DNA of 17,376 nt from Octopus sinensis (Eukaryota), in the NCBI RefSeq assembly GCF_006345805.1, contig NW_021824772.1:1-17376 (forward strand), written 5' to 3'. The position numbers and the translations under genes are program-made. Positions 1-9,009 of the stretch are shown piece by piece (the first letter of the stretch is position 1; every line of letters starts with the position of its first letter). Under the pieces are notes generated by a model. That model ran no database searches. It was given only the letters and a program-made list of their open reading frames with translations, and had not been told where the DNA came from.

Positions 1-427
1 TTGGTCTAACTTTAGATATATCTTTAGGTCTATCTTTCCGCCTCCTATCAGTTGCCTCAGTTTGAAAAATCTATTTTGCTATTCTTTCGTGCAACACTCT
101 TAGTTACAAGTCCGTACTTCCGGAGATGTGGCTTCTCAATGCGGAGAAGAAGCGACTCGACTTGAGAAGCTAGCGAAATAGAAAATTACATCTTGATCAA
201 TAGTATGAACTGTTTCAAACCAATCAAGTAAGGTTGGCCTTGCGTTTTGAATTATACTCAAAACAGAAAATTTTACGGTGTAATCAATGTTTATTAATCA
301 GTTAGCGCCGCTAGTGTTTGTAATGTTATGCAAATCAGGGAAACCAATTTAGTTCTGTATGAGCTTGTTATAAAACTTGAGTGTACTCAGGTCGTACCTA
401 CATACACACACACATACATACATACAT

Positions 428-486
428 ACTCTTTTGCTCTTTTAGAAGTTTCAGTCATCTGACTGCAGCCACGCTGCAGCACCACC
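428..486 (-). mobile_element. SINE family A, 3' tail fragment
   Basis: The reverse complement reads GGTGGTGCTGCAGCGTGGCTGCAGTCAGATGACTGAAACTTCTAAAAGAGCAAAAGAG, matching the tail of the full-length copy at about 15283-15340. Confidence 0.85.
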
Positions 487-487
487 A

Positions 488-534
488 GTGCTCCAGCATA
501 GCCGCAGTCAAATGACTGAAACAAGTAAAAGAGT
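488..534 (+). mobile_element. SINE family A, 3' tail fragment
   Basis: GTGCTCCAGCATAGCCGCAGTCAAATGACTGAAACAAGTAAAAGAG is nearly identical to 15285-15330. Confidence 0.9.
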
Positions 535-584
535 ATATACTTACATATACATATCTATGTATGTATGCATGTATGTGTGTGCAT

Positions 585-640
585 TGAACCCGGAACCATG
601 TGGTTGAGAAGCAAGCTTCTTACCACACAGCCACGTCTGC
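585..640 (-). mobile_element. SINE family A, tRNA-like head fragment
   Basis: The reverse complement GCAGACGTGGCTGTGTGGTAAGAAGCTTGCTTCTCAACCACATGGTTCCGGGTTCAA matches the head at 14887-14945 (A box TGGCTGTGTGG, start of B box GGTTCA). Confidence 0.85.
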
Positions 641-933
641 TTCCACGCTTCTCGATTATAATATGGCCACTCCGTTATGTCAAGTAATTCTTCTACATGA
701 TGCTTTTTGATTTGAGGAGAGGCCCTCTGCGTAACTGACCCCACTCTTTGCATAACGGTGACAGATACCCCCCCAAAAAAGCAATGACGCTAAACAGCAA
801 TGACCCCAAAAAGAGGAATTAGTCAATATCATTAGTTGCCAATATCAACGTATTAGAAAAATTAAGAATGATTCGGTTTATAATGATTTTCCACTTTAAT
901 GACTAGACGTTTGTAAATCGCTATCGTAGGTGA

Positions 934-1015
934 GGTAGCGTGGCCGAGTGGACTAAGGCGCTGGTTTTAGGCACCAATCTCTTCGGAGGCGTGGGTTCGA
1001 ATCCCATCGCTGCCA
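934..1015 (+). tRNA. tRNA-Leu (anticodon TAG), intronless, long variable arm
   Basis: 82-nt cloverleaf: acceptor stem GGTAGCG/CGCTGCC plus discriminator A; A box TGGCCGAGTGG; anticodon arm CTGGT-TT[TAG 968-970]GC-ACCAA; variable arm CTCTTCGGAG; T arm GTGGG-TTCGAAT-CCCAT; Pol III terminator TTTTT at 1023-1027. Confidence 0.95.
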
Positions 1016-1022
1016 ACTCAAA

Positions 1023-1027
1023 TTTTT
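1023..1027 (+). terminator. RNA Pol III terminator (T5) of tRNA-Leu
   Basis: A run of five T begins 8 nt after the discriminator base, with further T runs downstream. Confidence 0.75.
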
Positions 1028-1240
1028 GTCTTTTGTTTTTTTTTTTGCTTTGTTTTTTTTTTCCTTTGGTAGAGTAGGTTGATTTATTTTGAATTTATAA
1101 ATTACAAAGATATTAGAAAAGAAGGCAAAATTTACATCAGATTTGGTCCACTTTGTAAACGGAAAGATCGGCGATTTGTATGCAACCATCATGAAAGTGG
1201 AAAATATTCATCAGAAAAGACATTCCTCTTCATTTTCCTT

Positions 1241-1285
1241 ATATGTATGTGTGTGTGTGCGTGTGTGGTGTGTGTGTGTGCGCGC

Positions 1286-1323
<38 letters not shown>
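1241..1323. repeat. (GT)n/(GC)n microsatellite
   Basis: Directly visible dinucleotide tract. Confidence 0.95.
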
Positions 1324-1325
<2 letters not shown>

Positions 1326-1326
1326 A

Positions 1327-1505
1327 GTTGAAATTTATAGAAAAACAAAAGACGAAGACAGGTGTATGAACAACAAACAAGTGTAATAGTTTGACGCTCG
1401 GAAAAATGAAAAAAGTCTTTTACATTTCAAGCCTACGCTCTTCAGCAGAAAGGAATAAGTGAAAATAAACAGAGAGAGAGTGAAAAAATACTTGTAGATT
1501 GCAGC
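1327..1505 (-). mobile_element. Dispersed repeat (family H1) with hammerhead-like motif; putative Penelope-derived non-autonomous element
   Basis: Homologous to the plus-strand copy at 16135-16306 (shared GTAGG..GAAA.GT.AAAGACTTTTT...GAGCGT...TGTCTTCGT.TTTTGTTTTT). Boundaries approximate. Penelope origin is inferred from the motif only. Confidence 0.6.
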
Positions 1506-1812
1506 GGTCCAGCATGGTGGCTTTACGGTAAAAGGGTACGAAACACTAATTTTCTTTTCTTTGTTTTTTATTCGTTTTTAATCATTCATAGTCTTCTTAT
1601 TCCACTTATTGCATTAATCTTTCTCGACGTTTTTTTTCTCTCCGAGGTCTTCAATGAAGTAGCATCCTAATTTTCAAATAGAACAAACCATATTCTAGAG
1701 CCTGATAACTGCTTGGTGACACAAGGCACATTATTAAAAAACTTCTCAAACCATGTCTTAATGGCAAGAAACGATTTATAGTTCTTATTTTAACACAGTA
1801 CAATTAAACTAC

Positions 1813-1835
1813 AACACACACACACACCCACACAC

Positions 1836-1909
<74 letters not shown>

Positions 1910-1937
1910 TATATATTATATATATATTATATATATT
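1813..1937. repeat. (CA)n-(TA)n compound microsatellite
   Basis: Directly visible. Confidence 0.95.
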
Positions 1938-1950
1938 GATCAAGATTAAT

Positions 1951-2068
1951 CAGCCGAAATTGCGAGGATGATCCGGTTCTTGACTGAAGATTAAAGGCTT
2001 CGAATGACCCTCCGTACTTTTGTATCGTCTATTTGATGTTTTGCGTTCTTGTCCCATTTTGTGTTTAT
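1951..2068 (+). repeat. Dispersed repeat of unknown class (second copy 5771-5900, minus strand)
   Basis: CAGCCGAAATTGCGAGGATGATCCGGTTCTTGACTGAAGA...GCGTTCTTGTCCCA is the diverged reverse complement of 5771-5900. Confidence 0.8.
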
Positions 2069-2074
2069 ATATTA

Positions 2075-2457
2075 CTAGCAGTATCGCCCGGCGTTGCTCG
2101 GGTTTGTAAGGGAAATAACTATAAAGCATTTTTAGAGAGTTATAGCCAAAAAATCTCAAAAAAAGGGGAAAAAAATGATGGTAATTTTTTTAATAGTTAA
2201 AAAGGTCGAGTTGCGTCCCCTAACCATCTGTGGTTTGTGTGTTCTCTGATTGTCGCCCCCATGTCGAATTTATCGATCTTTTTTCAGAACTGGGGGAACT
2301 TTTCAAAATTTTCGCTGCGTTAGTTTTGAATTATGACATTGGGTATGTGGGTGTCAAGTTTCATCATAACAGAATCGGTTGAAAGCCGTGGTCAGAGTGA
2401 GGGTACAAAGCACACATACACACAGAAACAACACCAGACAAACTGCCGTTTATATAG

Positions 2458-2458
<1 letters not shown>
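2075..2458 (-). mobile_element. Non-autonomous Helitron-type element (384 bp)
   Basis: On the minus strand: 5' TC at 2458-2457, 3' CTAG at 2078-2075, inserted between A and T with no TSD, GC-rich 16-nt subterminal hairpin CCCG(2087-2090)/CGGG(2099-2102) 8 nt from the end, and a CA-rich tract near the 5' end. These are canonical Helitron hallmarks. Confidence 0.75.
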
Positions 2459-2489
<31 letters not shown>

Positions 2490-2562
2490 CATACATACAT
2501 ACATACATAAATACAACATACACATACATGCATACATACTACAATAACATACATACACACAC
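2459..2562. repeat. (TA)n/(CATA)n microsatellite
   Basis: Directly visible. Confidence 0.95.
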
Positions 2563-2733
2563 GAATAGGAATTGTATAAAGTATTGTGATATACCTGTAT
2601 TTATCTATGCTGTTCAATAATGCCACTGTCCATTGTGTTATTTCTCTCAGCTCATTTTGCTTAATTAGAACACACACACACACACACACACACACACATC
2701 TGCATGTTTGTATACTTATACACGCATATGCAC

Positions 2734-2834
2734 CTGTCCGTAACATATAAGAATTCAATGGTCTTCCCCTCATTGTCTTGGAAGATATTCCATCTTGATT
2801 TGACATTGTGATGAAACCAAACGAGAAAACACAT
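2734..2834 (-). other. Candidate 101-nt internal exon (unverified)
   Basis: Acceptor CTTCTTCTGTCTTACGTTGCAG and weak donor AG|GTGCAT. Open in phase 0 as MCFLVWFHHNVKSRWNIFQDNEGKTIEFLYVTD(R). It is a complex island between microsatellites; the peptide is not recognised. Confidence 0.25.
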
Positions 2835-2919
2835 CTGCAACGTAAGACAGAAGAAGCGCGCGATTCATTGGCGCGTTGATGCGTTTCTGTTCCTAATGGG
2901 TGGTCATAAAGGAGGTTTA

Positions 2920-3007
2920 ATGTGTATGCGTGTATGCATAATATAAATTATATATGTGTTGTATGTATGTATGTATGTTATATATATATATATATAATAT
3001 TATATAT

Positions 3008-3039
<32 letters not shown>

Positions 3040-3225
3040 CTATATATATATATATACAGTTGTGTGTGTGGTGTGTATATATATATTCTGCGTATATCTA
3101 GGTGTAATAAATAAAATATATGCATACATACAACACATATGTACGTACCTACATCTCCACTGTATATATACATGCAAGATATAAATATACTATACGTGTG
3201 TGTACAGGACACCATACTTATATAT
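2920..3225. repeat. (TA)n/(TG)n degenerate microsatellite field
   Basis: Directly visible. Confidence 0.9.
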
Positions 3226-3393
3226 GATGGACTTCTTTCAGTTTCCGTCTACCAAATCCACTTACACGGCTTTGATTGGTCTGAGGCTATAGTATAAGTC
3301 GGGCACTTGCCCAAGGTGCCATGCAGTGGGACTGAACCCGGACCCATGTGGTTGGTAAGCAAGCTACCTATCACACAGCCACTCCTTGCGCCT
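3226..3393 (-). mobile_element. SINE family A, 5' half
   Basis: The reverse complement matches 14887-15050 (head, B box GGTTCAGTCCC, CCTTGGGCAAGTG, GTGGATTTGGTAGACGGAAACTGAAAGAAG). Confidence 0.92.
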
Positions 3394-3409
3394 ATATATA
3401 TATATACAT

Positions 3410-3445
<36 letters not shown>

Positions 3446-3640
3446 CTATATATATATATAACGCGTATATGTGTATGCATGTTTGCGTATATATATATAT
3501 ATAGATAGATAGAAGATAGATAATAGATAGATGACGATAGATAGATATAATATAGTATATACATATATGTCTGTATGTAAATATATATTTATGTATATAT
3601 GTGTATATATGTATGTAAGTATATATCTAAATATGTATAT
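3394..3640. repeat. (TA)n/(TAGA)n microsatellite field
   Basis: Directly visible. Confidence 0.9.
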
Positions 3641-3854
3641 GTTAGATGTGACGTAACGTAATATTTAATATATTAGGAATATAAATGTTTAACTACAGCC
3701 TTATTTTGCAGACAAGTCGCATATAAGTGTGTTTTGTGTGTGTAAGAATTATACAAAACGTGTATATACAATTATACGAGGTGTATATTTGCGTGTTTTT
3801 TGCGCACGCGCGTGAGTAATCGATGTCCTTCCTCCCTTTTCGTTTTCCGTCTAA

Positions 3855-3872
3855 CAACCGCACCGCCAACAA

Positions 3873-3904
<32 letters not shown>

Positions 3905-5194
3905 CATACCACCACAGCCTTCCGACCCACCCCTTCTGACTAAGTGGCAACCACCTCTCCCTTCCTCTCCACTTCGCCTCCCACCTTCTATCTTTTTGAT
4001 AAACCGCCACGTGCGCCCACCTTGAGGCACCGCTCCACCGCATATAACGACCACCACCTCCAAGAACCGCCCGCCCCCTCGTTTTGTATGACACGTGACC
4101 ACCACCACCACCCCTCCCCTATCGTAAACAATGCTGCTACTACAACTGTCACCACTACTACCGCTTCTACCACTAACCAGTATTAACGCGGCCAGCACAA
4201 CCACCCAAGACTACCGCCCATACTATCACCAACAGTACAACAATCACCTCCATTATTACCATCAACACCACCACCATCACCACAACAATCATCACCATCA
4301 TCTCCACCACTACCATCATCACCATTCCAACCATCACCACCATCACAACCGCCACCGTCACCAACACTATCATCATCACCACCATCACCACTGCAGTCAC
4401 CATCACCATCATCTCCACCATCATTACCACCACCATCACTGCCACCACCACCATCACCGCCACTACCATCACCGCCAACACCATCACCACTGTAGTCACC
4501 ATCACCATCATCTCCACCATCATCACCACCACTATCAATGCCACCATCACCGCCAACAGCATCACAACCACCACCATCACCACTAACAACACCATCACTA
4601 TACTGTCAACACTCATATCCTCCACCATAACCAATACTACCTCCGCAACTACACCGCCACAACCACCAAGATCACCACTACAATTACCATACCATCATTA
4701 CTCCTACAAACACCATTCAATACCATCAGAACGATCGCTATAATGGTCGTAAACGCCTTACCGACACCACCGCCATTGCGTATTCCCGTAATACTACTAC
4801 AGCCATACTTAGTTTATTACTACAACCACTACTACAGCTATGCTAACACCACTACCACTACAACAACACTCTCTGGTACTACCACCACCATCACCACCAC
4901 CACAACAACACAACAACGGACACCCGCCACAGTATCTCCGTATTTACTACTACCCCTTACCGTCGACACAGCAACCACTACCACTACTACTACTACTTCT
5001 ACTACTACCACCACCACCACCACCACATATTCTATTACTACCACTACTACTACTTGGACCCTCACCATCACCACTACCATTACCACCGTCAACATCACCA
5101 CTACTACTACTACCACCACCACTGCTGCTACTACAATTATGATTAATTAGCACCACCACTACAGCAGCTACAACAACCATTATAACCGCTACTG

Positions 5195-5225
<31 letters not shown>

Positions 5226-5378
5226 AGTTCTTGCAATCAAGCCAGCACCAGCATCACAACCACTACTATCATTAGCCTCAAACGTCACTACCACCACCAT
5301 CACACACACACACACACACACACATATGCAGACTCTTCCACCACCCCAACCACCATGCTCACCACCCTCCACAGCCAC
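3855..5378. repeat. Degenerate (CAC/CAT/TAC)n trinucleotide field with a (CA)n insert
   Basis: About 1.5 kb of cryptic ACC/ATC/ACT repeats. These generate the poly-His, poly-Thr and poly-Val ORFs in several frames. Confidence 0.9.
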
Positions 5379-5489
5379 CGCCCATACCGTTGTGTTTTAT
5401 CAAACATCTTAACTGGGACAGAATTTGTAACAAATGTCAAATATTTATTGTCTGACCTAATAGAACTGTCAATGACGGCCATGTTTATA

Positions 5490-5765
5490 TAACGCACACG
5501 TGTCTCGAGATTGTGCGTGTGTGTACGTGTATTTACATGTGTGTACGTACACGTATGTCAGTGTGCATTGTGTATGAGTGTGCATGTATGTGTGCATATG
5601 TGTGCATATACACACACATATATATATGTATATATATATACATACATATATATATATATATAACATACAAATATATACGTATGTATGCGTGTGTACATAT
5701 ATATATACATACCTACATACATATATACAAACATACATATATATATGTATGTATGTGTACATATG
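5490..5765. repeat. (TG)n/(TA)n/(TACA)n microsatellite field
   Basis: Directly visible. Confidence 0.9.
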
Positions 5766-5770
5766 TAAAC

Positions 5771-5900
5771 GTTAAAAAAAACACAAACTGGGACAAGAAC
5801 GTGAAACATTTTGAAGACGACAAAAAAACACACACAGACGGGACTTTCGAAGCTCTCAGTCATCAGTCAAGAACCAGATCATCTTCGCAATTTCGGCTGA
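5771..5900 (-). repeat. Dispersed repeat, same family as 1951-2068
   Basis: GGGACAAGAACG...TCAGTCAAGAACCAGATCATCTTCGCAATTTCGGCTG is the diverged reverse complement of 1951-2068. Confidence 0.8.
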
Positions 5901-6177
5901 TGTATGTGTATATATATATATATATATGATATAAATAATATACAAATATATGCATATATACATACATATATGGACATACCTACATTCATATGTATACATA
6001 CGCGAATATATGGGTACAGGACATAAAAAAACGTGAACAAAATGAGAAACGAAAACAGAAAATGAACTTTTTTGCAAACAACGAAAGAAACAAATAGAAA
6101 TGAGACAGCAACATAGAGAACATTCCCTTCATCAGTTGCTCCCTGTTTTATCTACTCTGCGCTTCGAAGGTAGGGAC

Positions 6178-6310
6178 ATATATACATATATACATATATG
6201 TATATGCATATTTATATATATAATATATATATATTATATATATATATATATCTATATATATATATATATATATATATGCATATTTATAATATATGCATAT
6301 ATGTATAAAC

Positions 6311-6341
<31 letters not shown>

Positions 6342-6345
6342 TATA
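6178..6345. repeat. (TA)n microsatellite field
   Basis: Directly visible. Confidence 0.92.
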
Positions 6346-6854
6346 GAAGGATCTTCTACAGGACTAGAACTGTTTCATTCAAAAGAAATCATCAGGAAGC
6401 TGTATATATATATATATATATAAACACAGGTCAGTTTGAGCTTCCCTACTACTATAATGTAAACTTTTTTGAACTCATAATATTCTGTGCGTGTATATAC
6501 AGATACAATACCAATATATTCCACTGAACTTTTTAATAATTCCTTCTGGAAACTATCTTAAATATTTTCTTGAGAATGTGTATATATATGTTGTAATGTT
6601 TTGTGCCCAATATTTTAATGAGCTTGTTGAACTTGTTTATGTCCTTAACATGGTCTTGTTACCAAAGACTGTATATAAGTATTGGAGCATTTTGTGACAA
6701 CTAATAATTAACACAACCAAACTTTTACATGTTACTTTTGACAATCTTTTTCTAAAAAGTGAAACCGGTAAAGTAAATAAACATTTTTTTAAATTGCATT
6801 TTCAAACCTTCTTTCATATATAATTCCACTCGTGCGGTACCTTACAACTACACT

Positions 6855-6855
6855 T

Positions 6856-6919
<64 letters not shown>

Positions 6920-6928
6920 TATTATATA

Positions 6929-6968
<40 letters not shown>

Positions 6969-7125
6969 CACATATATATGTGTGTGTTGTTATTATGTGT
7001 ATGCATATTATATTATTATATTATTATTGTTGTTGTTGTTGTTGTTATTATTTTATTATCCTCATCATCATGTGTGTTTATATATGTATATATATATATA
7101 TATATATATGCCGTTATGTATATGT
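6855..7125. repeat. (TA)n, (TAT)n, (TGT)n compound microsatellite
   Basis: Directly visible. Confidence 0.92.
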
Positions 7126-7383
7126 AACTATTGTATATGCTTGTGTAGCAGTGTTACGCTGTGTTGTGTGTACGTGCTCGTATACGTAAATGTGTGTTGT
7201 GCATACATGAGACAGTGTGATGCTATGAATGTGTAAGTGCGCGTGTATTAGTGTACTGTTTTATATGTACCTATTTCCATGTGTGTGTGTGTGTGTATAA
7301 CTGTAAGTAGTAAAAGTGTGTCCTGCTTATACGCATATAGGTGTGTGTTCTAGATATATTTATGTGTGTGTGTGTGTGTGCGC

Positions 7384-7610
7384 TTCTTTATTGCCCATAT
7401 GAGGCTAAACACAGAGAGGACAAAGAAGGACAGACACAGGGATTAAGTCGATTATATCGTTCCTAGTGCGTAACTGGTACTTATTTAATCGACCCCAAAA
7501 AGATGAAACGCGAAGTCGACCTCGGCGGAATTTGAACTCAGAACGTAGCGGCAGACGAAATACCGTTCAGCATTTCGCCCGGCGTGCTAACGTTTCTGCC
7601 AGCTCGCCGC
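7384..7610 (-). mobile_element. SINE family B, full length, tail type B1
   Basis: Reverse complement: GCGGCGAGCTGGCAGAAACGTTAGCACGCCGGGCG head, B box GAGTTCAAATTCC, central GAGGTCGAC...GGGGTCGATTAAATAAGTACCAG, tail TTTAGCCTCATATGGGCAATAAAGAA. Collinear with 11082-11311. Confidence 0.93.
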
Positions 7611-7676
7611 CCGAATGTATCTTGTGTAACCGTCAAAACAATATTGTTCTATATTTTAAAGATGAAGAATTCTGTA

Positions 7677-7951
7677 TATTATTTACATTGGACGGGCATG
7701 TGTCCTCATCTTGTTTGGTGTTACCACAACGTTTCGACTGACTTAATCTCTATCCTTCATCAGGTGTCCTGGTAGAATTTTGAACTCAACCCTGGGTTCT
7801 CATTCCTAAAGTTGTTTTTTTGTTGTTGTTGATTTTTGGATAAATAATAATTCTAACAAGACACCTGATGAAGGCTGGAGAGTAAATCGGTTGAAACATT
7901 GTGGTAACAACAAACAGGACGAGAACACATATCCATCCAATGTAAATAATA
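7677..7951. mobile_element. Inverted-repeat element with two 92-bp arms, each carrying a degenerate hammerhead-like motif (Penelope pseudo-LTR-like)
   Basis: Arm 7677-7768 is the reverse complement of arm 7860-7951 (ungapped, roughly 80% identical by eye), with a 91-bp spacer. Each arm reads GACAC-CTGATGA-A-stem II-GAAAC(G/A)TT-GTGGT. Confidence 0.75.
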
Positions 7952-7967
7952 ATAATGATAATAACAA

Positions 7968-9006
7968 TGCCTTCTACAAAAAAGCACTAGGCCTGAAATT
8001 TTGGAGGAGGAGACTGGTCGATTACATTGACCCTAGTGTTTCACTGGTACTTAATTTATCGACCCCGAAAGGATGAAAAGCGAAGTCGACATCGGCGGGT
8101 AAATAAAGTAAATAAGTTTTTCTACACTAGGCTCAAGGCCCGGAATTTTTTTGGGGGTGGGGTCAGTCTACTACATCGACCTCAATACGCAACTGGTACT
8201 TAATTTATCGACCCCGAAGGATGAAAAGCAAAGTTGAACTCGGCGAGTAAATAATGTAAATATTCTTTGCTACTCTAGGCTCAAGGCTCGAAAATTTGGC
8301 TGGGGGCAGTCGATTAGATCGACCCCAGTACCCAACTGGTACATAATTTATCGACCCCGAAAGGATGAAAAGTAAAGTTGAACTCGGCGAGTAAATAATG
8401 CAAATATTCTTTTCTGTTCTAGGTACAAGGCCCGGAATTTTTTTTGGTGGGATGAGCAGTCGATTAGATAGACCCCAGTACGCAACTGGTACTTAATTTA
8501 TCGACCCCGAAATGATGGAAAGCAAAGTTGAATTCGGTGAGTAAATAATGTAAAAATTCTTTTCTACTCTAGGTACAAGGCCCGAAACTTTTTGGAGGGC
8601 ACGAGGCCCGAAATTGTTTTGGTGGGGTGGGCAGTCGATTAGATAGACCCCAGTACACAACTGGTACTTAACTTATCGACCCCGAAAGGATGAAAAGCAA
8701 AGTTGAACTCGGCGAGTAAATAATGTAAATATCCTTTTCTGCTCTAGGCACAAGGCCCGGAATTTTTTTTGGTGGGGTGGGCAGTCGATTAGATAGACCC
8801 CAGTACGCAACTGGTACTTAATTTATCAACCCGAAATGATGAAAAGCAATGTTGAACTCGGCGAGTAAATAATGTAGATATTCTTTTCTGCTCTAGGTAC
8901 AAGGCCCGAAATTTTTAGATAGACCCAGTACGTAACTGGTACATAATTTATCGACCCCATAAGGATGAAAGGCAAAGTCGACCTCGGCGGAATTTGAACT
9001 CAGAAT
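7968..9006 (-). repeat. Tandem array of 7 truncated SINE B units (tail type B2), about 150-bp period
   Basis: The marker ACTGGTAC occurs at 8043, 8192, 8335, 8485, 8660, 8810 and 8935 (periods 149, 143, 150, 175, 150, 125). Each unit matches the SINE B central domain, and only the last keeps the B box (GGAATTTGAACTCAGAA, about 8989-9005). Confidence 0.95.
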
Positions 9007-9009
9007 GTG

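Noticed and set aside
131-170. 9-bp inverted repeat GCTTCTCAA/TTGAGAAGC
   Set aside because: Short, single-copy in the window, with no supporting context; compatible with chance.
585-640. SINE heads as additional tRNA genes
   Set aside because: They have A/B-box-like motifs but no complete cloverleaf, and full-length copies continue into SINE bodies.
953-1192. 79-aa ORF ending WQRWDSNPRLRRDWCLKPAP
   Set aside because: It is the antisense reading of the tRNA-Leu gene, a common annotation artefact.
1660-1760. Further minus-strand exon candidate continuing the 2734 frame
   Set aside because: An open frame in the required phase exists, but the acceptor and donor (GTTTGT) are weak and nothing independent supports it.
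1951-2068. CTGA(A/T)GA..CGAA(A/T) string in this repeat and its copy at 5771-5900 as a hammerhead
   Set aside because: Core-like words are present, but no consistent stem I, II or III could be formed in either copy.
3855-5378. Poly-His, poly-Thr and poly-Val ORFs (possible mucin or His-rich protein)
   Set aside because: They are open in several frames on both strands because CAC/CAT/TAC repeats lack stops. There is no domain and no splice context. The same applies to 9380-9885, 12497-13219 and 13897-14487.
7968-9006. CRISPR-like array interpretation
   Set aside because: The whole 150-bp unit is repeated with no unique spacers, the unit is SINE-derived, the DNA is eukaryotic, and there are no cas genes.
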